Origin: an uncultured Planctomycetia bacterium
GTDB taxonomy: Bacteria > Planctomycetota > GCA-002687715 > DRQF01
Assembly: GCA_964559135.1 (NCBI GenBank)
Contig: CAZLGG010000005.1
Location: 11,609-75,608, forward strand
Reading direction: 5' to 3'
Length of the DNA stretch: 64,000 nucleotides
Both the position numbers and the translations under genes were made by a program. Under the pieces are notes generated by a model. That model worked only from the letters and a program-made list of their open reading frames with translations, was not told where the DNA came from and did not search any database. This document shows positions 46,258-55,386 of the stretch, piece by piece (the first letter of the stretch is position 1; every line of letters starts with the position of its first letter).

Positions 46258-46815
46258 TCAGTCGAGTTGGAAGAATTGCAAGCGATTCACACCGTGTTCG
46301 CGCCGATCGGCCTCGCTCAAGGTGGAGTCGGGCAGCCAAGGGGCCGACTCCGTCGGAGACCGGTAAACGATGATTCCATCAGGAGAAAGGACGGATTCGG
46401 CAAGTCTCGTGAGAGCGCCGAGGACCCGGTCCCCATCCCGTAGAACCATGGGAAACGGCGGATCGAAAAAAATCAGATCGGCGGGTGACTCCTCACTCGA
46501 CCGTCCGACAGCCAGGGCGTCGGTGCGGCGCGCCGTGGCGCGGTCTTCGAAGCCGAGAGTCCGGATGTTCCGACGGAGAACGTCGAAGACCCGCCGATCT
46601 CGTTCGACGAACACGGCGTGCTCGGCGCCTCGACTGAGAGCTTCCAGACCCATGCTCCCCACTCCCGCGAAGACATCCCAAACCCGGGCTCCCGCCGCGC
46701 GACTCCCGAGAATATTGAACAGCCGCTCCTTCAATCCGTCGAGGATGGGCCGTGACACCATGCCCTTGGGCTCCTCCAGCCGCCGCCCCCGGGCTTCTCC
46801 AGCTATGATCCGCAT
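46258..46815 (-). CDS. rsmD: 16S rRNA m2G966 methyltransferase
   Basis: MRIIAGEARGRRL, DVFAGVGSMGLEALSRGA, FFDPPF. Confidence 0.92.
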   Translation of the reverse strand: MRIIAGEARGRRLEEPKGMVSRPILDGLKERLFNILGSRAAGARVWDVFAGVGSMGLEALSRGAEHAVFVERDRRVFDVLRRNIRTLGFEDRATARRTDALAVGRSSEESPADLIFFDPPFPMVLRDGDRVLGALTRLAESVLSPDGIIVYRSPTESAPWLPDSTLSEADRREHGVNRLQFFQLD

Positions 46816-46865
46816 TCTCTGTTATACCCTTCCCGTCATCGGACCCCATGGAAGGAGATTCGGAC

Positions 46866-47597
46866 ATGGCGCGGCTCTTCGTCAACGTGGATCATGTGGC
46901 CACCCTCAGGGAAGCCCGCGGCGTCGACTACCCCAGCCCGATCGCCGCTGCGCTCCGCGCTGAGCAAGCCGGGGCGGCGGGCATCACCGTGCACCTTCGA
47001 GAAGATCGACGCCACATCCAGGATGCGGATCTGAAGACACTCAAGCAGAAGGTCCGCACGACCCTGAACATGGAGCTCTCCGTCTCGGAAGAGATCGTCG
47101 CGATCTGCCGACAGATTCACCCGGAGCAGGCCACGCTCGTCCCCGAACACCGGGAAGAACTCACCACGGAGGGTGGCCTCGATTTGAAACACCACATGGA
47201 TCGCATCCGCTCGGTCGTGGAAGAACTCACCGCCGACGGCATTCTCGTGAGTCTGTTCATCGACCCGGACGCGGAAGCGGTCAGCCTCGCCCGCATGGCG
47301 GGCGCCCGTCTCGTGGAACTGCACACCGGAGCCTACGCCAACGCATCGAGCGATTCTGCTCGCAGTCGACAGCTGGAAAAACTTTGCCAAGCCGCGGCCG
47401 AGGCGCAGAGCCTGGGACTCGTCGTGAACGCCGGCCACGGCCTCACCTTCGACAACGTGGAGCCCATCGCCTCCATTCCCGAAATGAACGATCTCAACAT
47501 CGGGCACGCCCTCATCGCCGACGCCATCGAATTCGGCCTGTTCGAAGCGGTGCAGAGAATGGGGAATCTCATCGAGCGGGCCTCGCCCGTCGGTTAG
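46866..47597 (+). CDS. pdxJ: Pyridoxine 5'-phosphate synthase
   Basis: VNVDHVATLREAR, HLREDRRHI, TTEGG, ELHTG, NAGHGL, NIGH; AAGGAG SD. Confidence 0.96.
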   Translation: MARLFVNVDHVATLREARGVDYPSPIAAALRAEQAGAAGITVHLREDRRHIQDADLKTLKQKVRTTLNMELSVSEEIVAICRQIHPEQATLVPEHREELTTEGGLDLKHHMDRIRSVVEELTADGILVSLFIDPDAEAVSLARMAGARLVELHTGAYANASSDSARSRQLEKLCQAAAEAQSLGLVVNAGHGLTFDNVEPIASIPEMNDLNIGHALIADAIEFGLFEAVQRMGNLIERASPVG

Positions 47598-47639
47598 GAT
47601 ACCCGTCTGCGAGCCCGCAGTGACGCGACGGGAGTCCGG

Positions 47640-49547
47640 ATGGAATTGAATGTTCTCAGAGCTGCCGAGATCCAGGCGGCCCAATGTCCAGTCCTGCTTC
47701 TCGGCTCACCGGGCCATTCTCGCGTCCTACCTCTTCAGAGTGAACGCACGACCGTCGGTTCCGCCCCCGCCTGCGAGGGAGTGATCCAAGGACTGGGGGT
47801 CGCTCCTCGACACTTTCTCGTTCAGCGACGCGAAGATGGAGCTTTCGAAGTCTTCGCCCTCTCCCCGTCCCACCCAGTTCTCAAGAACGGGACGTGCGTC
47901 GAAGCCGCCAGTCTTTCCTGCGGTGACGTCCTCCGAGCGGGCTCGGTGAAAGCCGTGTTCCTCGATCCATCGGCCGACGTGATGCCCTCCGGCTATCAAC
48001 TCCTGGCCCTTCCCATTCCGCCGGCGATGATCGCCGCGGAGCGCGCCAAGGCCCACCGCAAGCAAGCGACCAGGCTCGGCCTCCATGAGGCCGACTTCAA
48101 CTCGGTGCTCCTGGACGCGCTCAAGAATACGCCGTGGCTGCTCCTCTCACTCCTCCTCCATGCCCTTCTCCTCATATTCATCATGAAGGTCTTCGACGAG
48201 GCTACGTCGACGCCGCCCCCTCCCCCCGAAGTCAGTTTCGACCTCTCCGACGAACCTGTGGACGGCGACGATGAACTCGAAGAGCTGACCATGGAAGAGC
48301 CCGAGGACGAGGAATCGGAGATGCTCCCCCCCGAAGTCGAGCCCGTCGAACTCGAAGCCCCGGACGACATCGACACGCCCGACGGAGCCGGCGAGAATCC
48401 CGAATGGTACTCCTCGGTGGATGCGGCGGGGCTGGGCAGCGGAGCCCCCGGGTTCACGGGAAGCGTCGCTCGCAACGGTGGGCTCACGCGTCGACTGCGG
48501 CGCGCCGCGGGAAGTCGCGTGCGCAACGCCGTCGGGCGCTACCAAAGGAGCGGACTCGACATCGTCTTCGTCATCGACGCCACCGGGTCCATGGAGGGGG
48601 AGATCAACGCGGCGCGGGAGAAACTCTCCGATCTGATCACCCTCCTCGAAGCGTTCAACGTGGGCTTCCGCATCGGCGTGGTCGCCTATCGCGACAAGGG
48701 AGACGCCTTTCTCACCCGCAGTCTGCCCCTGACGTCGAACCGCTACCAGGCGGTGGATTTCCTGGATCGCCTGTCCGCCAACGGAGGCGGCGACACGCCG
48801 GAAGCGGTCCTCGAGGGGATCGAACTGGCCTTCCGCATGCGATTCGCAAGGGCGGCTCGCAAGGTGGCCGTCCTTGTCGGCGATGCCCCTCCCCACGACG
48901 GGACGACGAAGAAGCTGCTCCGCCTCGTCAAGGGCTTCGTGGCCAAGGACGGCGTACTCCACACCGTTTTCACCAGTACCCGAAGCGCCCTTTTCCTCTC
49001 GAACGAAACCCGCGAGGTGTTCGCGAAACTGGCCAAGACGGGAGGCGGTCGTTTTCTCGAACTGAGACGTGACCAGGAGTTGGTCGATGAGATTCTTGCC
49101 GCCACGCTGAACGCGGGCAGCCGGTCGGAGGTGTCCCGACTCCGGGAGGAGGCGAGCAAGGGGCTCAGCGCACGAATCCTCCGCAACCGCTTGGAGGCGA
49201 AGGATGCGGCTTTCGCTGAACGCCAACTCTCGCTCCCGGCCCTGCATCCGCTCTTGCCCCTCGAACTTCTCCGGCACAACGACCCCGCCTTTCTCGGAGC
49301 CTGGCTGAAGGTGCTTCGCTCGTCCAAGAGCACCACGCGGGCTCGTTGGCTGGCCACGGTGCTGCTCCGTCGCGTAGTCCGACACATGGATCGCTACGAG
49401 TCCCTTCCCGAAACGCTTTTGGACGCCGTCGAGGCCTACTCCCCGGATCTTCCTCGAAGTCGCCAACGTCGCCTCCTCGTGCAGATCGCGCGCGGCCTGT
49501 ACGACACGGGCCACCTCGCTACGGCACCCCAACCCAAAAAACACTGA
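47640..49547 (+). CDS. FHA-like domain, TM helix, acidic/Pro linker and vWA domain protein
   Basis: VGSAPAC..VAPRH; SLLLHALLL helix; DIVFVIDATGSM MIDAS, GGGDTPEA, VGDAPPH. Confidence 0.8.
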   Translation: MELNVLRAAEIQAAQCPVLLLGSPGHSRVLPLQSERTTVGSAPACEGVIQGLGVAPRHFLVQRREDGAFEVFALSPSHPVLKNGTCVEAASLSCGDVLRAGSVKAVFLDPSADVMPSGYQLLALPIPPAMIAAERAKAHRKQATRLGLHEADFNSVLLDALKNTPWLLLSLLLHALLLIFIMKVFDEATSTPPPPPEVSFDLSDEPVDGDDELEELTMEEPEDEESEMLPPEVEPVELEAPDDIDTPDGAGENPEWYSSVDAAGLGSGAPGFTGSVARNGGLTRRLRRAAGSRVRNAVGRYQRSGLDIVFVIDATGSMEGEINAAREKLSDLITLLEAFNVGFRIGVVAYRDKGDAFLTRSLPLTSNRYQAVDFLDRLSANGGGDTPEAVLEGIELAFRMRFARAARKVAVLVGDAPPHDGTTKKLLRLVKGFVAKDGVLHTVFTSTRSALFLSNETREVFAKLAKTGGGRFLELRRDQELVDEILAATLNAGSRSEVSRLREEASKGLSARILRNRLEAKDAAFAERQLSLPALHPLLPLELLRHNDPAFLGAWLKVLRSSKSTTRARWLATVLLRRVVRHMDRYESLPETLLDAVEAYSPDLPRSRQRRLLVQIARGLYDTGHLATAPQPKKH

Positions 49548-49620
49548 GCGCCGCCGAGTCTCCACGCAGCAGCGTGGCGAGATTGGGAGTCCCGCTCGTG
49601 AATCGGTACAATTCCTCGCG

Positions 49621-51018
49621 ATGCACGAGGCCCGTTGCCAATTCTTTCCTACGGCCCTGGCTGCTCTGATCACGGGCATCTTGTTTTGCGCTTGCGGGGG
49701 TTGCGTTCAGGTGGACGCCACGGCCGACTTCGAAGCGACGGCCAGGATCATTCGGGCTCGCACCGGCGCAAGCGGCTTCTCGGTGAGCAAAGCGGAAACG
49801 CCCTCTCCCATCGAAAACGCCGGCGACACGGCTCCAGAACTCGACAGGGAGCAGGCGGTCGCCCTGGCCCTCATGAACAACCCCGAATTCCGAGCAAGGC
49901 TCGAAGACGTGGGGATCGCCCGCGCCGACTTGGTGGCAGCCGGAATCCCAAGTAACCCTCTGCTCACTTTCAGCGCCCGCGCGCCGACGGGACCTGGCCT
50001 TGCCAACCTCAGCGGTACGATCCTGCAGACCATCACCGAGCTCCTTCTCATTCCGAGCCGTGAGCGCGTCGCTCGAGCACGACTCGAGAAGACGCATCTG
50101 GACGTTGCCCGCGCGGCGGTCGAGCTTGCCGCCTCGGTTCGCGAGGCTTGGAACATGGCCGTCGCCCGTCGGACCTCCCTGACCGTCATCCGTGAGGAGA
50201 AAGCCGTTCTCGAACGGGCTCGATCGCTGGTGCAGGACCAGGTCGACGCGGGCCTGGCGGACGTCCACGACCTCAATCTGGCCAAGGCCCAGGTCTTGGA
50301 CATCCAACGGCAGGAACTCGTGGCCGAACGGGAGGCTCGAGACAGTCTCCTCAGTCTCCGGTTCTTGCTCGGCCTCGCCCGCTCGCCGCGCGGCGTGTCT
50401 CTCCGGGGAGCCCTGGACACAGGGACGGGGACTCCCTCCGTCCCTCGACTCCTCGAGCAGGCATTGACGACGCGGCTCGATGTGGAGATTGCCATCCTCG
50501 AGGCCCGCGCCGCCGACCTGGATCTCGAGCGCGCATCGGGTGAGGCCATCCCCGCACTGTCCGTCGGGATCGACGTCGAACGGCCGGAGAGCCCCCCTTC
50601 GATCCTCGGCCCAGCCATCGAGTTCGAATTACCTGTATTCGGGACGAGCAGTCCCGAAATCGCACGAACGCGATTCGCGGCCGTCCAGGCGCGCCGTCGC
50701 CTCCAATCCACGCTCGACCGTGTCGCAAGGGAAGTGCGTACGGCCGCGCTCGGATTGGAGTCTTCCCAGCAGATGATTCGGCTGTACGAGGAGTCGCTCA
50801 TCCCCGCCGCAGAGGCCAACGTCGCCGCGGCGTCTCGAGCTTATTCGGCCGGCACCCGCGACATCCTCATTCTCATCGAAGCGGAGCGGACTCTCATCCG
50901 ACGACGGCGCGGCCTCATCGACGCGATGCTCTCTCTCGCGCAAGCGCGCTCGGCACTTCTGCGGGCAGTCGGCAGTCCGTTCAATGATCAACCGAGCCCA
51001 GGAGAGCAGACACGATGA
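49621..51018 (+). CDS. TolC-family outer membrane efflux protein
   Basis: Lipoprotein-like signal; AVALALMNNPE, IPSNP, ELPVF, AYSAG...LIEAER. Confidence 0.88.
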   Translation: MHEARCQFFPTALAALITGILFCACGGCVQVDATADFEATARIIRARTGASGFSVSKAETPSPIENAGDTAPELDREQAVALALMNNPEFRARLEDVGIARADLVAAGIPSNPLLTFSARAPTGPGLANLSGTILQTITELLLIPSRERVARARLEKTHLDVARAAVELAASVREAWNMAVARRTSLTVIREEKAVLERARSLVQDQVDAGLADVHDLNLAKAQVLDIQRQELVAEREARDSLLSLRFLLGLARSPRGVSLRGALDTGTGTPSVPRLLEQALTTRLDVEIAILEARAADLDLERASGEAIPALSVGIDVERPESPPSILGPAIEFELPVFGTSSPEIARTRFAAVQARRRLQSTLDRVAREVRTAALGLESSQQMIRLYEESLIPAAEANVAAASRAYSAGTRDILILIEAERTLIRRRRGLIDAMLSLAQARSALLRAVGSPFNDQPSPGEQTR

Positions 51019-54000
51019 CATCGGCAAGACGGATCGGCGACGTCATCTTCTCCCACAGGAAAGCCATCATCTTCCTGACTGTCGCCCTCTGCCTGGCCGG
51101 CGCCCATTCCGCCCGGACGTTGCCCACGTCGGTCTTTCCGCAGACGAACTTCCCGCGCGTCGTGATCCTCATCGACAACGGCGTCATGCCCGTCGACGAA
51201 ATGATGGCAACAGTCACGCGCCCCGTCGAAGAAGCCATGCGGAACATCCAAGGCGTCCAGACGATCCGCTCGTCGACCAGTCGCGGCTCGGCCGAGGTCA
51301 ACGTCTTCTTCGATTGGTCGACCGACATGATCCAGTCGGAGCTCTATGTCCTCGGCCGACTCTCTCAGATCCGCTCGGGTCTGCCGCCCCAGGCGAGCTT
51401 TGCCGTTCATCGTCTGACGTTCAAGGCCTTTCCTATCTTCGGAATCAGCCTGACGAGCCGCCGTCGGAGTGTCACCGAACTCTGGACGCAGGCCCGCTAT
51501 GAACTCAGTCCCCGACTGTTGGCCTTGGAGGGCGTGGCCCGAATCAACGTCGTGGGTGGAAGCCGCCCCGAATTCCATGTCGTCATCGATCCGGCGGAGT
51601 TGGCGGCCCGGCACCTGACTTTGGACGAAATCTCCCAGGCGATCGGGAATGCCAATGTCGTCGTCTCCGCGGGAATGCGTGAAGAGGACCGGCAGCTCTA
51701 TCTGACGACCGTCGACAACCGATTTCGCAACAAAGAGGAGATCGAGGATGCCGTGGTGGCATGGGTCTCCGGGTCGGCCGTGCGTATTCGAGACATCGGC
51801 TCTGTTCGACCTGGGTCCGAACCTCGCTACAACGTGGTCACGGCCGATGGTCGGGATGCCGTACTTCTCAACGTCTACGGTCAACCCGGCAGTGACACGC
51901 TGGGGATCGCGGAGTCCCTGCGAGGCGAGCTGAAGAAGTTCAAGGAAGAACTCCCACCGGACATGCGACTGGCGTTCTTCTATGATCAGTCCCAGTTCGT
52001 CGAGGAGGGCGTCGCCAGTGTCTGGGAGAGTATCTTCGCCGGATTGGCCCTGGCGGCCCTCGTACTCTTCGTCTTCCTCAGACGCATCGGCCCCACGATC
52101 GTGGCGACGGCGGTCATTCCCGTGACGGTGTTGTTGACGATCCTGGGCCTAAGAGCCGTGGGCATGTCGTTCAACCTGATGACGCTCGGAGGGATCGCTG
52201 CCGCCATCGGCATGGTGATCGACGACGCCATCGTCATCGTCGAAGCGATCCATTCCTGGGTTTCTTCCGGTCTCGACGCGGCCCAAGCCTCCACGCGAGC
52301 CATTCAGGAGGTCGGTCTGCCTCTCATTGGCAGCACGCTGACTCCGGTGGTCGTGTTCATTCCCCTGGCGTTCCTTGACGGCGTTCCAGGCGTCTTTTTC
52401 CGAGCCCTGGCCTTGACCATGGTCTTCGCCCTGCTGGGCTCCCTCCTGCTCGCTTTGACTTGGACTCCCGCCATCGCCTCTTTGCTCATGCGACCGCCAC
52501 GCATCGCGCGGCCGGATGGGGCTCACGGTGGATTCCTGCTGCGAGGTGTCGTCGCGCTCTATGAAAACGCGGTGCGACGCGCTCTGCGATACTGGATCGT
52601 CACCGTCCTCTGCATTGCCGCGGCATTCTTCGGCGGCGTGGTCCTCTACGGTCGACTCGAGAGTGACTTTCTTCCCGCCCAAGACGAGGGCGCCTTCGTT
52701 CTCGACTACTTCACACGCCCCGGAACGAGTCTCACCGAAACGGACCGCATCCTTCGACACGTGGAGAACATCCTCTTGGCGACTCCCGAGGTCGAGAGCT
52801 TTTCACGTCGGACCGGCGCCCGCCTGGCTCTCGCCATCGGCGAACCCAATACGGGTGACTTCCTCGTCAAACTCAAGGCGCGTCGCTCCGCCTCGACATC
52901 CGACGTGATCGATCGGCTGCGCGCGGAGATTCACCGGGCGGAGCCTGCCCTTCAGACGGAGTTTCCCGGTGTTCTGAGCGATCTGATCGGCGATCTCACG
53001 TGGTCACCGGACCCCGTCGAAATCAAGATCTTTTCGTCCGACGTGGGAGTGCTGAAAAAAAAGGCTGCCGAGATCGCGGAGATGATCGAGGAGATGCCCG
53101 GTGTCGTCGACGTCAACAATGGACTCGTCGTCGCGGGCCCGACGTTCAGTCTCCACGTCCACGGCGCGGCGGCCGCTCGGCTGGGATTGACGCCTCGCGC
53201 CGTGGGCGGAAGCCTGAGGACGGCGCTCCTCGGCGAGCCCGTGAGCCATGTGCTCGAGGGCGATCGGGCCCTTCCCATTCGAGTCCTACTCGACCGATCG
53301 ACCGTCGCCACGTCCAAGGATCTCTCGACGATGCTCTTGGGCACGCCCGGCAAGAGCCGCAGCGCCCTCACGGATGTCGCGACGACTCAGGTTCGACCTG
53401 GCATCCTCGAGATGCACCGTGAAAACCTTCGGCAACTCGTCGCAGTCTCGGCTCGCTTCTCCGGGATCGATCTCGGCCACGGCATCGCCCGTATCCAGAG
53501 CCGCCTCGCAAAGGACCTGGAGCTGCCCCCGGATGCACGTCTCGAATTCGGCGGGCTCTTCAAGCAACAACAGGATTCCTTCCGCAACCTCGGTCTCGTC
53601 CTCGCGGCAGCCATTCTTCTGGTGTACGGTGTGCTGCTTTTGGAATTCCGCTCCTTCCAGAAAGCATTGGCCATCGTCCTCGGTTCGGTGCTCGCGCTGA
53701 TGGGAGTCGTCGGCGCCTTGGCGGCCACCCACACGAGTGTGAACATCGTATCGCTTCTCGGCGCCATCATCGGGGTCGGCATCGTGGCGAAAAACGGAAT
53801 TCTCATGCTCGACAACGTCGCGAAGCTGGAAGGCGAAGGGGTCGAACTGCAAGAGGCGCTGGTGCGATCGGGTCGAAGACGCCTGAGACCCGTGCTCATG
53901 ACATCTCTGACAACCGTTCTCGGCCTCTTGCCACTGGCCTGGGGCGTCGGAGCCGGGGCAGACATGCTGCGCCCCATGGCCATCGCCATCATCGGTTCCC

Positions 54001-54098
54001 TCGTCGTCTCGCTTCTTCTCTCCCTCGTGGCGACGCCTGTCTTCTACTACGTGATGGTTCGGTCGACCACCGTCGCCCGCCGCTGGTTCCACCGATGA
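51015..54098 (+). CDS. RND efflux permease
   Basis: About 1030 aa; IGMVIDDAIV, KNGILM, RLRPVLMT, LRPMAIAIIG. Confidence 0.95.
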   Translation: MTSARRIGDVIFSHRKAIIFLTVALCLAGAHSARTLPTSVFPQTNFPRVVILIDNGVMPVDEMMATVTRPVEEAMRNIQGVQTIRSSTSRGSAEVNVFFDWSTDMIQSELYVLGRLSQIRSGLPPQASFAVHRLTFKAFPIFGISLTSRRRSVTELWTQARYELSPRLLALEGVARINVVGGSRPEFHVVIDPAELAARHLTLDEISQAIGNANVVVSAGMREEDRQLYLTTVDNRFRNKEEIEDAVVAWVSGSAVRIRDIGSVRPGSEPRYNVVTADGRDAVLLNVYGQPGSDTLGIAESLRGELKKFKEELPPDMRLAFFYDQSQFVEEGVASVWESIFAGLALAALVLFVFLRRIGPTIVATAVIPVTVLLTILGLRAVGMSFNLMTLGGIAAAIGMVIDDAIVIVEAIHSWVSSGLDAAQASTRAIQEVGLPLIGSTLTPVVVFIPLAFLDGVPGVFFRALALTMVFALLGSLLLALTWTPAIASLLMRPPRIARPDGAHGGFLLRGVVALYENAVRRALRYWIVTVLCIAAAFFGGVVLYGRLESDFLPAQDEGAFVLDYFTRPGTSLTETDRILRHVENILLATPEVESFSRRTGARLALAIGEPNTGDFLVKLKARRSASTSDVIDRLRAEIHRAEPALQTEFPGVLSDLIGDLTWSPDPVEIKIFSSDVGVLKKKAAEIAEMIEEMPGVVDVNNGLVVAGPTFSLHVHGAAAARLGLTPRAVGGSLRTALLGEPVSHVLEGDRALPIRVLLDRSTVATSKDLSTMLLGTPGKSRSALTDVATTQVRPGILEMHRENLRQLVAVSARFSGIDLGHGIARIQSRLAKDLELPPDARLEFGGLFKQQQDSFRNLGLVLAAAILLVYGVLLLEFRSFQKALAIVLGSVLALMGVVGALAATHTSVNIVSLLGAIIGVGIVAKNGILMLDNVAKLEGEGVELQEALVRSGRRRLRPVLMTSLTTVLGLLPLAWGVGAGADMLRPMAIAIIGSLVVSLLLSLVATPVFYYVMVRSTTVARRWFHR

Positions 54099-55372
54099 AG
54101 GAGAACATCGTGTCCCGGAGATCACCCTGGTCGTTCCTCGGTCTTACGCTCGTCGCCGGCCTTTCCGGACTCCTCGCGTGCAACCCGAGCCCGGCCGAAG
54201 CCGAAGAGAGTGAAACTCCCCAGGAGATTGGTCCCGTCCCCGTCAAGGTCGCCAAGGCCCGCAAGAAGACGCTTCACCCGCACCTGGACCTGGTCGGGAT
54301 TCTCGTCGCTGATCCCTTGAGAAGTGCAACCATCAGCTCACGTGTCGGGGGGCATCTCGCTTCCGTCGATGTGGCGGTCGGCGACTCCGTCGAGGCGGGC
54401 GCTCCCTTGGCTGCCATCGATCCTGCCCTTGCCATGGCCACCCGCGACCGCGCCCAAGCGACCGTCGAGGAGGCCCGGGCGGCTCTCGAGCGGCTCAGGA
54501 ACGGTCCGCGGCTGGAAGAGATCGAGACCGGCGCCCAGGAGGCCTTGCGAGCGCAAGCCGCGCTCGAGGCCAAGCGATTGCGCTTGGATGCCGCGAAAGC
54601 CCTGCTTGCCAAAAACGAACTGGCAGCGGTGAAGGTGAAGGAGCTCGCCGCCGATGTCGCCGTCACCCAGGCCGAGTTCAAGAAGGCCCAAGCCCGCTTG
54701 AACCTCCTCCGCGCGGGGACCCGTCCGGAGTCGATTCACGAGGCAAAAGCGCGCCTCGATCGAGCGCTGGCGGACCTCGCCGCGGCCGACCTCCAGGTCG
54801 GGTATCACTCCATCACCTCCCCACTCGCCGGGACGGTGCTCTCCGTCGGCGTCCGCCGTGGAGCCGAGGTCGCCCGGGGTTCCATCCTGGCCGAGGTCGC
54901 CGATCTGAGTGAGATCTTGGCTGAAGTGAGAGTCCCGGGCCGTGCCTATGCGCGCCTGACGATGGGAGCCACGGCAACCGTAAGCGTCATCGGGCGGCGG
55001 GACAGGGCTGTCACCGGTCGACTCGTGCGCACGGCGGGCTCGGCGGACCCCGCCAACGGCGAGATGATCGTCTGGGTGGCCGTCCCCAACGAGGGTCGTC
55101 GCCTTCGGCCAGGTCTCACCTGTCATGTTTCCCTCGCGCTCGATGAGATCGCGGATTGTGTCGTCGTGCCGACGGAAGCGGTGGCGGACCGCTTCGGCAA
55201 GCCCGTGATCAGCGTCATGCGAGACGGAGCCGCCCACGAGGTTCCCGTGACCCTGGGGCTGCGGGTCGGCGCGGACACCCAGGTCTTGGAGGGGATCGGT
55301 GCTGGAGAGACCGTGATCCTTGAAGGCGGCTACGGGCTCCCTGATGGATGCCCGGTCGAGGTCCTCCATTGA
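54095..55372 (+). CDS. RND periplasmic adaptor (membrane fusion protein)
   Basis: Lipoyl halves (VAVGDSVEAG, ITSPLAGTV), long helical hairpin, LRPGL, VPTEAV. Confidence 0.9.
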   Translation: MKENIVSRRSPWSFLGLTLVAGLSGLLACNPSPAEAEESETPQEIGPVPVKVAKARKKTLHPHLDLVGILVADPLRSATISSRVGGHLASVDVAVGDSVEAGAPLAAIDPALAMATRDRAQATVEEARAALERLRNGPRLEEIETGAQEALRAQAALEAKRLRLDAAKALLAKNELAAVKVKELAADVAVTQAEFKKAQARLNLLRAGTRPESIHEAKARLDRALADLAAADLQVGYHSITSPLAGTVLSVGVRRGAEVARGSILAEVADLSEILAEVRVPGRAYARLTMGATATVSVIGRRDRAVTGRLVRTAGSADPANGEMIVWVAVPNEGRRLRPGLTCHVSLALDEIADCVVVPTEAVADRFGKPVISVMRDGAAHEVPVTLGLRVGADTQVLEGIGAGETVILEGGYGLPDGCPVEVLH

Positions 55373-55386
55373 TACCATCCCTCCCG

